From assembly GCA_050951585.1 (NCBI GenBank), contig JBMNJI010000012.1:1556-65555 (forward strand): a DNA stretch of 64,000 bases, written 5' to 3'. The notes beneath the pieces were generated by a model that had not been told where the DNA came from, made no database searches, and worked only from the letters and a program-made list of their open reading frames with translations. Origin of the DNA: Peptococcia bacterium. GTDB lineage: Bacteria > Bacillota > Peptococcia > DRI-13 > DTU073. Below, piece by piece: positions 19,669 to 30,163 of this stretch (position 1 is the stretch's first letter; every line of letters begins with the position of its first letter). The position numbers and the translations under genes are program-made.

Positions 19669-20268
19669 ATGAAATTCGTGGCTATAAATGGTAGTCCAAA
19701 GAAAGATGGGAATACGGCCTTTTTACTGCAAAAAGGGTTGGAACAGATCAAACAGCTCGGCGGTGAGGTGGAAATAATTCATGCGTTGGACGTATTGAAA
19801 AGTATGCCGGTTCCTTTTTGCACAGTTTGTGCCACTCCATGCCAGGGTGCGTGTGTGAAAGGAACATTAATGGAGAAAGCGTTAAATACCTTAAGAGAAG
19901 CTGATGGGCTCTTAATTGGTTCGCCTGTATATTTTGGTTCGGTTTCCGGGGAGTTAAAAGCTTTTTGGGATAAAACACGTTGTCTGCGCGGGGAAAAAGC
20001 GCTGCTCAATGTGCCGGGTGGTGCCGTTTCTGTTGGGGCATCCCGTTTCGGCGGGCAGGAGGGAACCTTACGTGCTATTCAGGAGATGATGCTGGTACAG
20101 GGAATGACGATTATTGGCGGAGGCCAGAGGGAACATGATTGCGGTCATTATGGTGTGGCCGCTCATCAACCAGCCAGGGAGGACCAATATGCTTTGGAGA
20201 GGACCATTATTATGGCCAAACGTCTTTATGAGCTGGGTGTCGCCACAAAAAGTCTGCGGGAATCTTAA
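19669..20268 (+). CDS. NADPH-dependent FMN reductase / iron-sulfur flavoprotein-like protein
   Basis: Flavodoxin-like fold ('MKFVAINGSPKKDGNT', 'LLIGSPVYFGSVSGELKAFWD') with a compact Cys cluster 'CTVCATPCQGAC'. ATG 19669 is 10 nt after GAGGAGG. Confidence 0.7.
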   Translation: MKFVAINGSPKKDGNTAFLLQKGLEQIKQLGGEVEIIHALDVLKSMPVPFCTVCATPCQGACVKGTLMEKALNTLREADGLLIGSPVYFGSVSGELKAFWDKTRCLRGEKALLNVPGGAVSVGASRFGGQEGTLRAIQEMMLVQGMTIIGGGQREHDCGHYGVAAHQPAREDQYALERTIIMAKRLYELGVATKSLRES

Positions 20269-20334
20269 GCTTGGAGGCACGTGAATTTGGTTGTGAATAG
20301 CGGTGAAGGTAGTTCGAAGGTGGAGGGGTGAGGA

Positions 20335-21387
20335 ATGACCATTCGTGAGGAATTGCATAATCTGGAGGAAAAATATCTGGCGCCATATGCGGCGTTAGCC
20401 TCTCAGAGTAAAGGCCGGGAGAGGGTGGAAGAGCCTGATGCTATCAGGACTTGCTTTATGCGCGACAGAGACAGAATCATTCACTCCAAGTCTTTCCGGC
20501 GACTCAAACATAAGACGCAGGTCTATATTTCGCCGAACAACGACCATTATCGGACACGGCTGACGCATACGCTGGAGGTTAGTCAGATATCGCGGACGAT
20601 TGGCAAGGCTTTAGGCCTGAATCCGGATTTACTGGAAGCGATCGCCTTAGGGCATGATGTGGGACATACGCCTTTTTCCCATACCGGAGAGGATGTCTTG
20701 AACAGGTTGTTGCCGGGCGGGTTTCGGCATAATGAAAACAGTGTCCGCGTGCTTACCAGGATTGAACAGGGTAAAAATGGGCCCGGGCTAAATCTGACCC
20801 GCGAGACCTTGGCGGGGGTTCTTTATCATAGTGGCCTGGAAAAAAGTGAAGGGGAAGAAAATACGCTGGAAGGACAGGTTGTTCGCCTTTCCGATAAAAT
20901 AGCCTATATTCAGCATGATATTGATGACAGTATCAGAGCCGGTGTGTTAAAAACCAGTGACATTCCCAAGGAGTATCTTGAGGTTCTGGGAGATGATCAT
21001 AGCAGCAGAATCACTACCCTCGTGGAGGATCTGGTGCAAAACAGCCGTAAGAATATTGCCGCCGGTAATTTAAAGATTAGCTTTAGTTCCGCTGTCAATG
21101 CTGCGATGAAAGGCTTGCGGGAGTTTATGTTTGCTACCGTCTATAAAGGGCCTTTGTGCATGGCGGAACGGCAAAGGGTTATTTACGTCGTGGAGTTTTT
21201 ATTCGATTATTTTGTGAGAAACTATGAAAAGTTACCGGAGTTTTATCGGCAAATTGCCCTGGATGAGGGGATAGAAAGAGGAGTCGTCGATTATATCTCC
21301 GGGATGACCGATAATTATTGCACGGCAATTTTCCGGGATTTGGTCCTGCCCCGTTCCTATGTGCAAATCACTTTACCGGAGCTTTGA
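20335..21387 (+). CDS. dGTP triphosphohydrolase-like HD-domain protein
   Basis: HD motif region 'RTRLTHTLEVSQISRTIG...ALGHDVGHTPFSH'. This is the usual neighbour upstream of dnaG in Firmicutes. Confidence 0.85.
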   Translation: MTIREELHNLEEKYLAPYAALASQSKGRERVEEPDAIRTCFMRDRDRIIHSKSFRRLKHKTQVYISPNNDHYRTRLTHTLEVSQISRTIGKALGLNPDLLEAIALGHDVGHTPFSHTGEDVLNRLLPGGFRHNENSVRVLTRIEQGKNGPGLNLTRETLAGVLYHSGLEKSEGEENTLEGQVVRLSDKIAYIQHDIDDSIRAGVLKTSDIPKEYLEVLGDDHSSRITTLVEDLVQNSRKNIAAGNLKISFSSAVNAAMKGLREFMFATVYKGPLCMAERQRVIYVVEFLFDYFVRNYEKLPEFYRQIALDEGIERGVVDYISGMTDNYCTAIFRDLVLPRSYVQITLPEL

Positions 21388-21562
21388 TCATTTCCGGAGA
21401 ATTTCTTTCCAAAAAAATCCGCAGTATTTTGCGAAAAAAAGCAGGAAGTTAAGCTTTGATCACGAATTAATGGTAATTGTGTCTTTAATATTTTTAAATT
21501 AGCAGGAGAAAACGCTATTTATGGCGAATTCAATTTAAAACATTATTAAGGTGTTGAGTTGT

Positions 21563-23440
21563 GTGCCCGGACAAATAACCGAAGAATTTATCGATGACCT
21601 GCGCAACCGGGTAGATATAGTGGACATTATCAAGGAGTATGTACCACTAAAGAAGCAGGGACAAAACTATAAAGGGTTGTGTCCGTTTCATTCCGAGAAG
21701 ACGCCCTCTTTTGTAGTTTCGCCGCACAAACAAATCTACCATTGTTTTGGTTGCGGCAAAGGGGGGAATGTTTATACATTCCTCATGGACCGGGGCGGAC
21801 TTTCTTTTCTTGACGCGGTGGCCCATTTAGCGCAAAGATGCGGTATTCCGCTTCCCCAGGGCGAGCTCACGCCGGAAAAGGCCAGGCAAAATTCATTAAG
21901 AGAGAGATATTATCATATTAATGAAATGGCCGTGCAATTCTTTCAACAGGGGCTGGAGGATCGCCGGGGTCAGCAGGCGAAGCAATATCTGCAAAAAAGG
22001 GGCATTAATAATGAACTGATTACGAAGTTTTCCCTGGGTTATGCGCCTGATTCCTGGGATGAGCTGAGCCGCTTTTTGTTAGAAAAGGAGATTACCGAAG
22101 AAGAAATCATTTTATTGGGTCTGGCGGTCAAAGGACAGCGGGGGAATCTGGTTGATCGTTTTCGTAATCGCGTTATGTTTCCGATTTTTGATGACCGTAG
22201 CCACGTAATTGGTTTTGGCGGCAGGGTGATGGATGATACTCAACCTAAGTATCTGAATTCACCGGATACGCCACTTTTTAGCAAAGGCCGGCACCTTTAT
22301 GGGCTTAATCTGGCGAAAACCGCCATCAGAAGTAATGAACAGGCCATTTTAATGGAAGGATACATGGACGTGCTTGCTGCCCATCAATACGGGATTACGC
22401 ATGCCGTCGGGACGCTTGGCACAGCTTTAACAGCCGACCATGGCAAGTTACTGATGCGTTACACCTATAATGCGGTCTTATGTTTTGATGCTGATGCAGC
22501 GGGGCAGGAAGCCAGCATGCGCGGGCTGGATACTTTGCGGCAGTTGGGGATGAGGGTATCCGTGATGACGGTACCTGACGGTAAGGATCCTGACGAATTC
22601 CTGCGCAAGAACGGGCGGGACAGTTTTCAAGGGCTTATTGAACAAGCATTATCGCTTGTTGAATATAAACTAACGAGGCAGATGGCAAAATATAATAAAG
22701 AGACGGTTGCCGGTAAAGTGCAGATTATCCAGGCTCTTTTGCCTGATTTATACCTGATTCAGAGCCCGGTGGAGCGTCAAGGCTTGATTGATATGCTGGC
22801 GCAGCGTCTTTCCCTTGCCGAAACGGCCATTTACGCCGAGATGAAGAAATATCAGCTTGAAGCCGGGCGAAGTAGGCGCTACAAAGATAAAACAGGGGAG
22901 AGACAAGAGCGAAAAGCAGAACAGGGCGATATAGAAGAGCAGGATGTGGCCCGGCATTCCCGACGGGAACGGACGGCTTCCGAAAAAGCACAGTACTTTT
23001 TAACGCGGGTCTTGCTGGAGAATCCGGAGATGTTCGCGGAAGTTGAACAGGCCGGTGGAAAAGCCCTCTTTTCTGATAATTTCTATCAAGAAATTTACCA
23101 GGTGTATTATTTATTGTATCGAGCTGGTCATAATATAAAGGCTGAAGATCTCATTACGCAGTTGGAGAATGAGCAAACCAGACAGATTATCACAGAAATT
23201 TTGCTTGATGATCAGATTCCGGCCGATTGGGGAAGAATATATAAGGATTGCTTACTTACTCTTCAAATAGAGCAGGTTAATCATAAAATAACAGAGAAAA
23301 ACTCTTTGATGATTGAATATGAAAAAAGTGGTAATGTCACCAAATCTTTAGAAATCATGGCTGAAGTACAAAAAATGATTCAATATAGGCAAAGCTTGGT
23401 GTCATCCCTGGCGAAGGGGGGGAATACTGTTGAAAAATGA
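21563..23440 (+). CDS. dnaG: DNA primase
   Basis: CHC2 zinc finger '[30 protein letters not shown]' and TOPRIM 'LMEGYMDV...[11 protein letters not shown]'. The ORF is open from GTG 21551. GTG 21563 is 9 nt after AAGGTG. Confidence 0.92.
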   Translation: MPGQITEEFIDDLRNRVDIVDIIKEYVPLKKQGQNYKGLCPFHSEKTPSFVVSPHKQIYHCFGCGKGGNVYTFLMDRGGLSFLDAVAHLAQRCGIPLPQGELTPEKARQNSLRERYYHINEMAVQFFQQGLEDRRGQQAKQYLQKRGINNELITKFSLGYAPDSWDELSRFLLEKEITEEEIILLGLAVKGQRGNLVDRFRNRVMFPIFDDRSHVIGFGGRVMDDTQPKYLNSPDTPLFSKGRHLYGLNLAKTAIRSNEQAILMEGYMDVLAAHQYGITHAVGTLGTALTADHGKLLMRYTYNAVLCFDADAAGQEASMRGLDTLRQLGMRVSVMTVPDGKDPDEFLRKNGRDSFQGLIEQALSLVEYKLTRQMAKYNKETVAGKVQIIQALLPDLYLIQSPVERQGLIDMLAQRLSLAETAIYAEMKKYQLEAGRSRRYKDKTGERQERKAEQGDIEEQDVARHSRRERTASEKAQYFLTRVLLENPEMFAEVEQAGGKALFSDNFYQEIYQVYYLLYRAGHNIKAEDLITQLENEQTRQIITEILLDDQIPADWGRIYKDCLLTLQIEQVNHKITEKNSLMIEYEKSGNVTKSLEIMAEVQKMIQYRQSLVSSLAKGGNTVEK

Positions 23441-24569
23441 AAAACTTGATACAGAAGAAAAGGATTTAGAAAAATTGAAAGCTATCAGTGTGAAGGAACT
23501 GATCGAAAAGGGGAAAAAACGGGGTAATCTTACTTACAATGAGGTAAGTAACGCTTTGGATGGTATTGAGCTGAATCCCGAACAAATAGAAGAAATCTAT
23601 GAACATTTTAGTTCCCTAGGGATTGATTTAGTTCCTGATACAGCTGGGATTGAAACATTGGAAGAAGAGGAATCCCTTGATTTGGATCAGGAAGATGAAG
23701 ACGTGGAAATTGACCTGGATTTGTCTGTGCCGGAAGGTGTGGGCATAGATGATCCTGTCCGCATGTATTTGAAGGAAATCGGGCGGGTACCGTTACTGTC
23801 GGCTGATGAAGAAATTGACTTAGCCCAAAGGATGGAGGAAGGAGACGAGGAAGCCAAACGCCGTTTGGCGGAAGCGAACCTGCGCCTGGTGGTCAGTATT
23901 GCCAAAAGGTATGTGGGGCGGGGGATGTTGTTCCTGGATTTAATTCAGGAAGGCAACCTGGGTCTGATTAAGGCGGTAGAAAAGTTTGATTTCCGGAAAG
24001 GTTTTAAATTCAGCACGTACGCAACCTGGTGGATTAGACAGGCAATTACGCGAGCGATCGCTGACCAGGCAAGAACAATCCGTATTCCGGTGCATATGGT
24101 GGAGACAATCAACAAGCTGGTCAGAGTATCGCGGCAGTTACTGCAGGAATTAGGCCGGGATCCATCGCCCGAAGAAATTGCCCAAGAAATGGAAATCCCG
24201 GTTGACCGCGTCCGTGAAATATTAAAAATTGCCCAGGAACCGGTATCATTAGAAACGCCAATCGGTGAAGAGGAAGACAGCCATTTGGGTGATTTCATTG
24301 AGGACGAAGAAGCACCGGCACCGGCAGAGGCCGCTTCATTTATCCTCCTGAAGGAACAACTGGAAGAGGTCTTAGAAACCTTGACTCCCCGGGAGGAAAA
24401 GGTGCTGCGCCTACGTTTCGGTTTAGACGACGGGCGGGCTCGTACTCTTGAAGAAGTGGGGCAGCAGTTTGGTGTGACCAGAGAAAGAATCCGGCAGATT
24501 GAAGCAAAGGCCTTGCGTAAACTAAGGCATCCCAGCCGTAGCCGCAAATTGAAGGATTATCTGGAATAA
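23430..24569 (+). CDS. sigA: primary RNA polymerase sigma factor (sigma-70/SigA)
   Basis: Region 2 '[17 protein letters not shown]' and region 4.2 '[30 protein letters not shown]'. Overlaps the dnaG stop. Confidence 0.95.
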   Translation: MKNEKLDTEEKDLEKLKAISVKELIEKGKKRGNLTYNEVSNALDGIELNPEQIEEIYEHFSSLGIDLVPDTAGIETLEEEESLDLDQEDEDVEIDLDLSVPEGVGIDDPVRMYLKEIGRVPLLSADEEIDLAQRMEEGDEEAKRRLAEANLRLVVSIAKRYVGRGMLFLDLIQEGNLGLIKAVEKFDFRKGFKFSTYATWWIRQAITRAIADQARTIRIPVHMVETINKLVRVSRQLLQELGRDPSPEEIAQEMEIPVDRVREILKIAQEPVSLETPIGEEEDSHLGDFIEDEEAPAPAEAASFILLKEQLEEVLETLTPREEKVLRLRFGLDDGRARTLEEVGQQFGVTRERIRQIEAKALRKLRHPSRSRKLKDYLE

Positions 24570-24642
24570 AACAGCCAAAAGTTAGTACTTGACCGATGCA
24601 GATTCTTATTATAAAATAAGTAATGTCGCGTTAAGAAGTAAT

Positions 24643-24717
24643 GGGCCTATAGCTCAGCGGTAGAGCCACCGGCTCATAACCGGTCGGTCCCTGGTTCGAT
24701 CCCAGGTGGGCCCACCA
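24643..24717 (+). tRNA. tRNA with anticodon CAT (elongator Met; a lysidine-type Ile2 cannot be excluded)
   Basis: Manual cloverleaf: acceptor GGGCCTA/TGGGCCC, anticodon stem ACCGG/CCGGT with loop CTCATAA, T-arm CCTGG-TTCGATC-CCAGG, encoded ACCA tail. Confidence 0.85.
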
Positions 24718-24749
24718 CAACATGGTTACAATAATTAAGGAATAGATTT

Positions 24750-24825
<76 letters not shown>

Positions 24826-24841
24826 TTTAATGTTTATAACG

Positions 24842-24877
24842 GATTGTCACAATTATAGATGTGACAATCTTTTTTAA
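24842..24877 (+). terminator. rho-independent terminator after the tRNA pair
   Basis: GATTGTCAC ... GTGACAATC stem followed by TTTTTT. Confidence 0.75.
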
Positions 24878-24964
24878 TAATTTGCGAAAACAGAGGAAGA
24901 GCTGGCGCAAAAAAATTTACGGAGAAAATAAAGGGAAAAGAAAGAAAAAGGAGAAAAAATAAAG

Positions 24965-25753
24965 GTGAAGCTGAAATTATCAGAACGTCTTTTGGCCATT
25001 GCCGCACTGGTTCCTTTGGGGGCTAGGGTTGCCGATATCGGGACCGATCATGCCCTGTTGCCCTGTTATTTAGTGGGGTCGGAAAAAGCTACTTCTGTCA
25101 TTGGGGTAGATGTACACCGGGGGCCGTACGAGAGGGCCTGGCAAACCGTGCGGGAGTGTTCCCTGGAAGAATATATCGAGATCCGGTTAGGGGACGGACT
25201 GACTGTTCTGAAGCCTGGGGAAGTGGACACTGTCGTTATTGCGGGTATGGGGGGGACGGCAATCAGCAATATTTTTGCGGAGTCTCCTCAAGTAGTCGGT
25301 TCTTTGCGCAAGGTTATTCTCCAGCCTATGAATAATCCCGCAGCGGTGCGCAACTGGTTGTGGGAGCATGGGTGGGAAATCACGGCAGAGGATTTAATCT
25401 TTGAAGACAAGCAGTATTATCAGCTGATTGGCGCGGAGAATGCTCCGTCAACGGAGACTGCTCGGACAACGGCTGCGCAGTCCACTGGAGTTTCCCGGTC
25501 AACGACCACTGTTGAGAGATCCTTCTTTCCGGAATTAGCAGCAGAATACGGACCGCTCTTAATTCGCCACATACACCCGCTGTTACCCGGTTTATTAGAA
25601 AGGGATCAAAGGGCGATGCAGGTGATGCTTGAACAGTTGGCCAAATCGTCACAGGAAGACGTGCAGCTTCGCTACAGGGAAGCCCAGCAACAGATGCAAA
25701 AAATGAAGGAGTTGAGGGAATGGCTGTTAGTTGCCAAACCATCATCAATGTGA
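24965..25753 (+). CDS. trmK: tRNA (adenine22-N1)-methyltransferase TrmK-like
   Basis: N-terminus 'LSERLLAIAALVPLGARVADIGTDHALLPCYLV' and 'IAGMGG' are typical of TrmK/YqfN. GTG start. It lies a short way downstream of sigA (after the two tRNAs), as in Bacillus. Confidence 0.8.
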   Translation: MKLKLSERLLAIAALVPLGARVADIGTDHALLPCYLVGSEKATSVIGVDVHRGPYERAWQTVRECSLEEYIEIRLGDGLTVLKPGEVDTVVIAGMGGTAISNIFAESPQVVGSLRKVILQPMNNPAAVRNWLWEHGWEITAEDLIFEDKQYYQLIGAENAPSTETARTTAAQSTGVSRSTTTVERSFFPELAAEYGPLLIRHIHPLLPGLLERDQRAMQVMLEQLAKSSQEDVQLRYREAQQQMQKMKELREWLLVAKPSSM

Positions 25754-26832
25754 TCGAAAAAATTGCCCCGAAAAGGAGCGCCGAAGAGTGGGATAATGTG
25801 GGTTTGCAGATTGGCAGCCCCGCCCAGCCAGTCTCTTCTGTTTTTCTGTCTCTTGATCTAAACGAGGCCATCCTGGAAGAGGCTCTCTCAGCCGGTGCCG
25901 ATCTGCTGGTCGTGCATCATACTCCTTTTTTCAAACCGGTGAAGAATATACGGACAGATCTGCCGCAGGGCAGGCTCCTTTATCGGATTATCCAGCACGG
26001 CCTCGCGTTATATGCCGCTCATACCAATCTTGATGCCGCCGTCGGCGGGGTCAATGATATGCTGGCGCAAAAATTAGGTTTACAACAGGTTGAGCTGTTG
26101 ACGGAAAGCTGGCAGGAAAAGTTATATAAACTGGTGGTGTTTATCCCGGCCGACTATACCGAGAAAGTCAGTGATGCGATGGCCAAAGCCGGTGCCGGCT
26201 GGATTGGGAATTATGCCCATTGCACTTTCCGCACCAATGGAACAGGGACGTTTCTGCCCCTTGCCGGAACGAATCCTTTTATTGGCGCCGAAGGGAAACT
26301 GACCAGGGTGGAGGAAACAAGACTGGAAACAATTATCCCCGAAGACCGCGTGAACAGGGTGCTGAAGGCGATGCTGAAAGCTCATCCCTATGAGGAAGTA
26401 GCTTATGACTTGTATCCGCTGGTTAATAGCGGGGCGAAGACAGGGCTGGGCCGGATTGGTCTTTTACCACAAGCCCTTTCTTTGCAGGGCTTTATTAATC
26501 TGGTCAAAGGGCGTCTTTCCCTGCCGTTTGTGCGCTATTGCGGTGATTTGGAAAAAAGCGTGGAAAAAGTGGCTGTTTGCGGGGGCAGCGGGGCCTCGCT
26601 TCTTGGGCGTGCTGCTTTTCTGGGCGCTGACGTTTATTTGACCGCCGATGTAAAATATCATGAAGCACAGGAAGCCCAGGCTTTAGGGCTGGCCTTAGTT
26701 GACGGCGGTCATTTCGGGACGGAACAGCCGGTGATTGCCGTCCTTGCCGCTCAATTAAGGGAAGCCATGACCAAAGAGCAGGTGCAGGTTGTTACTTCAC
26801 AGCTCAATAGTGACCCGTTTAGCTTTTTGTAG
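25720..26832 (+). CDS. Nif3-family dinuclear metal centre protein (YqfO-like)
   Basis: 370 aa with 'WDNVGLQIG', 'LVVHHTPFF', 'YAAHTNLDAAVGGVND' and 'DGGHFGTE'. The PII-like insertion typical of the long Nif3 form is present. Confidence 0.85.
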   Translation: MAVSCQTIINVIEKIAPKRSAEEWDNVGLQIGSPAQPVSSVFLSLDLNEAILEEALSAGADLLVVHHTPFFKPVKNIRTDLPQGRLLYRIIQHGLALYAAHTNLDAAVGGVNDMLAQKLGLQQVELLTESWQEKLYKLVVFIPADYTEKVSDAMAKAGAGWIGNYAHCTFRTNGTGTFLPLAGTNPFIGAEGKLTRVEETRLETIIPEDRVNRVLKAMLKAHPYEEVAYDLYPLVNSGAKTGLGRIGLLPQALSLQGFINLVKGRLSLPFVRYCGDLEKSVEKVAVCGGSGASLLGRAAFLGADVYLTADVKYHEAQEAQALGLALVDGGHFGTEQPVIAVLAAQLREAMTKEQVQVVTSQLNSDPFSFL

Positions 26833-26859
26833 GATAGGATTATTCCTGTCCTTTTTTTA
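26831..26859 (+). terminator. terminator-like hairpin after nif3
   Basis: AGGATAGGA-TTAT-TCCTGTCCT (one G-U pair) followed by TTTTTTT. Confidence 0.6.
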
Positions 26860-26904
26860 TTACCGAAGATCAATTTGAGGGTTGGCATGAAAGGAGAGAT
26901 ATTT

Positions 26905-27636
26905 TTGAGTCAGGAAAAAGTAATGAGTCAGGAAGAATTGGTATGGAAGCTGCAGGAGCTAAAGAGGAAGGAAGCCGAGATCAAAAACGGTGAAGAGTTA
27001 AAGCCCTGGGTTGGTAAACTGAAAGCGTTGCAGGCGAAGGTGCAGGGCGGGGAACAAGAGAGTGAAGATTTGACCCGGGAGATTAGTGCGGGAGAAAAAA
27101 ACGCCCGGCGGCTGGAGCAGGAAATAAATGAATTATCCGCGCAGACCAGCGAAAAAAAGGAAAAACTATATGCGAGCAAGGGCGGCCCATTAAAGGAGAT
27201 TCTCTCCATGCAACAGGCCATTTTAAAGCAGGAAGAGCAAACTAAAGAGGCGGAAAAAACGTATTGGGAAATGAACAGGCAGATTGAAGAATGGAAAAAG
27301 AAAATCGTGGAGCTTACTGCAGAAATAAAAAGCTGGAAAAGGGAGTATAACGAAGGGGTAAGGGAGTACAAGAAGATCAAGGAGCAGTACGACTTGAAAT
27401 TAGCCGCCCTCCAGAGTCAGCTTGAAGAAGTTGCGGAACAGCTTCAGCCGCAAACCTTAAAATTAGTCAAATCGGCGGAAAAACGTTATCCGCTGAGCTT
27501 TGTGGCGATGTTGAAAAACGGGACCTGTACGGGCTGCCGAATTGGCGTATCAGCCACTTCGATCAGAGAAGTAAAAGCCGGGAAAGGTTTTTATCATTGT
27601 GACAATTGCGGCCGCCTGTTGATTAACCCGTTTTAA
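26905..27636 (+). CDS. coiled-coil protein with C-terminal C4 zinc ribbon (COG1579-type)
   Basis: Long E/K-rich coiled coil, then 'CTGCRIG...HCDNCGRLL'. This is a common neighbour of nif3. The ORF is open from 26875. TTG 26905 is 6 nt after AGGAGAG; ATG 26923 is an alternative. Confidence 0.7.
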   Translation: MSQEKVMSQEELVWKLQELKRKEAEIKNGEELKPWVGKLKALQAKVQGGEQESEDLTREISAGEKNARRLEQEINELSAQTSEKKEKLYASKGGPLKEILSMQQAILKQEEQTKEAEKTYWEMNRQIEEWKKKIVELTAEIKSWKREYNEGVREYKKIKEQYDLKLAALQSQLEEVAEQLQPQTLKLVKSAEKRYPLSFVAMLKNGTCTGCRIGVSATSIREVKAGKGFYHCDNCGRLLINPF

Positions 27637-27683
27637 TTTATGTTTGTCTATTTTCCTGTTCAAGATGGAAGGAGGCTCCATAC

Positions 27684-29094
27684 ATGAAAAATCTGCTTAG
27701 GATGCTCCTGCGTTTAGCGCTCTTCAGTATTATCTTGATTGTTCCATTGTCGGCCGGGGCGGAACCCCAACCATATCAATTAAGCAAGAGCGGGGATTAT
27801 CGGGTGGAAAGTGTTTTTTGTGTAGAGAATGTTGGGAGCAGAACCGCCACGGATATTTCCCTGGAAATACAATATGCCAATCCTTATATTACGAAGCTTA
27901 TGCCGTATTCCACGATCCTCAATACCCTTTATGAGCCGCAGCCCGTTGAAGTGAAAACCGATGCTCAAAGGGAATCAGACCGGCCGGTATGAGATCGCCA
28001 GGTTACTACCGGGAGAAAAACAGATAATTAGGGTACTTCATGATTACCGGGTATCTTTGATTGATTACACGATTGATCCGGCCAGGATCGAACCATATGC
28101 CCAGTTTCAACCGGCTGTCCTTCAGCCGTATTTAACCCCTTCTCCGGGGATCGAGAGTGACCATCCTTTAATTCAGGCTAAGGCGCGGGAAGTTGTGGGG
28201 AGGGAAACGAATCCCTTCAAGAAAGCGAAAAAGATTTTCACCTTTGTGAACGAATATATGACATACAGTGAAGAGAAATTTGGGACGAATGAGGGAAAAG
28301 AAAGTGAGTACGGCGCCCTTTACGCCTTACAGACGGGGAAGGGTGTCTGTGAAGATTATGCCGATTTAATGGTCGCTCTGCTCAGGGCCACCGGCGTTCC
28401 GGCACGCACAGTATCCGGGTGGACGGGAGAAATAAGCGGGAAGAGCATCAAACTGATTGATGCAAATACTACCTTCCTCCCGGGGCATATGTGGCTGGAA
28501 TATTATCTGCCCGGCTATGGCTGGATTCCGGCTGATCCTACTTTTACCTATACGGTTAATAATGTCCGGCAGGTTGAATACAGTCGTCTGACCGGAATCA
28601 GGCAGCCCAGTTTCGTCGATAGTTGTGAAATGGCGGGGCATGCTGTTTCATACAGTTTTCGGGGCGATGTTGACGTAAACACCAATGTCACTATTTATAA
28701 GTTAGGGGTTGACGGTGTCATGCCGCTTCCGGTGGGAGGCACACAAGCGCCGTTGCTCTATTTGGAAGATATACCCTTGATTTTTGACGTTAATCCGGTG
28801 ATTGAAAATGGGCGTACGCTTGTGCCGATGCGCGGTATTTTTCAGGCCCTGGGGGCGGCTGTTGAATGGGACGGGGTGACCCAGAGAATTGTCGCTTTGT
28901 CGCCTGAGCGAAAAGTGGAATTACAAATCGGTCAGACCCAGGCTTGGGTAAACGGCGAACTGCGTACGCTTGATGTATCACCATGTATTCTTGACAGCAG
29001 AACGATGATCCCGCTTAGGTTTGTGGGGGAAGCGCTCGGTTGCCAGGTGGACTGGGACGGGAATCTGCGGACGATCAATCTGCGGTTTCATTAA
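27684..29094 (+). pseudogene. secreted transglutaminase-like cysteine protease with C-terminal copper-amine-oxidase-N-terminal ('stalk') repeats; apparent 1-nt insertion at the A-run 27967-27969
   Basis: ORF 27684-27992 has a signal peptide and ends '...VEVKTDAQRESDRPV*'. The +1 frame continues '...GNQTGRYEIARLLPGEK' into a transglutaminase core ('GKGVCEDYADLMVALLRATGVPAR', 'GHMWLEYYLPGYGWIPADPT') and two 'RTLVPMRGIFQALGAAVEWD'-type repeats. The second part has no signal peptide of its own. Confidence 0.7.
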
Positions 29095-29096
29095 TA

Positions 29097-29145
29097 GGTT
29101 TACATTTTTGCTCCGGCGCGGATATATATATGGTAGAAAAATAAA
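29097..29145 (+). promoter_or_regulatory. 49-nt conserved promoter-like element, copy 1
   Basis: GGTTTACATTTTTGCTCCGGCGCGGATATATATATGGTAGAAAAATAAA. TTTACA is -35-like, followed by a 17-18 nt variable GC-rich spacer, then an AT-rich block and GTAGAAAA. Confidence 0.45.
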
Positions 29146-29190
29146 ACATCCCCGGGGGGATGAATGGGGTTCATTTCATAACCTCCGGAA

Positions 29191-29219
29191 AATACCAATA
29201 AGTTTTATTGGTATTTTTT
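29191..29219 (+). terminator. perfect 11-bp hairpin plus T-run
   Basis: AATACCAATAA-GTTT-TTATTGGTATT followed by TTTTT. It lies 46 nt after element copy 1 and 97 nt after the preceding stop codon. Confidence 0.55.
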
Positions 29220-29271
29220 ATGGCTTTTTTATACAGCATTCACAGTTTAATAGATACTTTTATGGAAAACG

Positions 29272-29300
29272 TTGAAATTATTACTATATTTCTGTAAAAT
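29272..29300 (+). promoter_or_regulatory. sigma-A-like promoter for the 29336 gene
   Basis: TTGAAA (29272-29277), 17-nt spacer, TAAAAT (29295-29300). Confidence 0.4.
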
Positions 29301-29335
29301 ATTAGATGTTAGTACTTATAGGGAGGGAACCTATC

Positions 29336-30163
29336 ATGAGGAAAATCGCAACATTATTACTGCTTGCATTTACTCTGACAATAGCAGGAACGACAGGTGT
29401 TGGGGCCGTGGTGCCCGGGTATGAGGATGCTGTGAAGGGATATAAAATAGCTGACGTTACTTTAGAATTTAAATATCATGATGGCACTACAGACACTGGT
29501 ACATATTGGATTTACAACGATCCAAGATATTCAGATGATGAGGTGATCGAACAAACCTTAGCAAGCTTTTGGAAAACAAATCAAACAGACATTCGTCGCA
29601 TTACCCACGTAAACGGTGTTCCCATTGAAAATACCAAGTGGGCAAAGTATGGCGGGGTAATTCAGCATGTAGGGGGAAATTATCAGTTCCCGGACGATCC
29701 CATACCACAAACTCCGGTTGCTGCTGAGGTAACAGTTTTCATCAATGGAAAGCAAGTGGAGTTTCCCGACCAAAAGCCAATAATCATTCAAGGAAGAACA
29801 ATGGTACCCATCCGTGCGGTATTCGAGCATCCTGATGTGCAAGCAGAAGTAAAGTGGAATGAAGAAGAACGCACTGTCACCGCTACAGACCGTTCTGGCA
29901 AGACAATTGTGTTTCGTATTGGCGAAAACAATTATCGTGTTAAAACAGGTTTAAATGAAGAATTAAAATACTCGGATGTTGCGCCGGTCATTGAAAACAG
30001 CCGTACTCTCTTGCCTCTGCGTGCTTTATCCGAATCACTTGATTTTCAGGTAGACTGGATTGAAGATGAAAGGAAAGTCGAGATAAAAGAGAAACCGGGA
30101 AACAAGCGTAAACTATTGTCACCAGAAGAATGGGCTGCCTTCCTGCGGGGGGGTAACGCCTAA
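29336..30163 (+). CDS. secreted protein with two copper-amine-oxidase-N-terminal ('stalk') repeats
   Basis: Signal peptide 'MRKIATLLLLAFTLTIAGTTGVGA'. Repeats 'GRTMVPIRAVFEHPDVQAEVKW' and 'SRTLLPLRALSESLDFQVDW'. ATG 29336 follows GGGAGGG; the ORF is open from 29306. Confidence 0.75.
   Translation: MRKIATLLLLAFTLTIAGTTGVGAVVPGYEDAVKGYKIADVTLEFKYHDGTTDTGTYWIYNDPRYSDDEVIEQTLASFWKTNQTDIRRITHVNGVPIENTKWAKYGGVIQHVGGNYQFPDDPIPQTPVAAEVTVFINGKQVEFPDQKPIIIQGRTMVPIRAVFEHPDVQAEVKWNEEERTVTATDRSGKTIVFRIGENNYRVKTGLNEELKYSDVAPVIENSRTLLPLRALSESLDFQVDWIEDERKVEIKEKPGNKRKLLSPEEWAAFLRGGNA

Noticed and set aside
23945-24547. 200-aa ORF antisense to sigA
   Set aside because: It is a shadow of the sigma-70 gene. 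The product is an S/R-rich low-complexity sequence.
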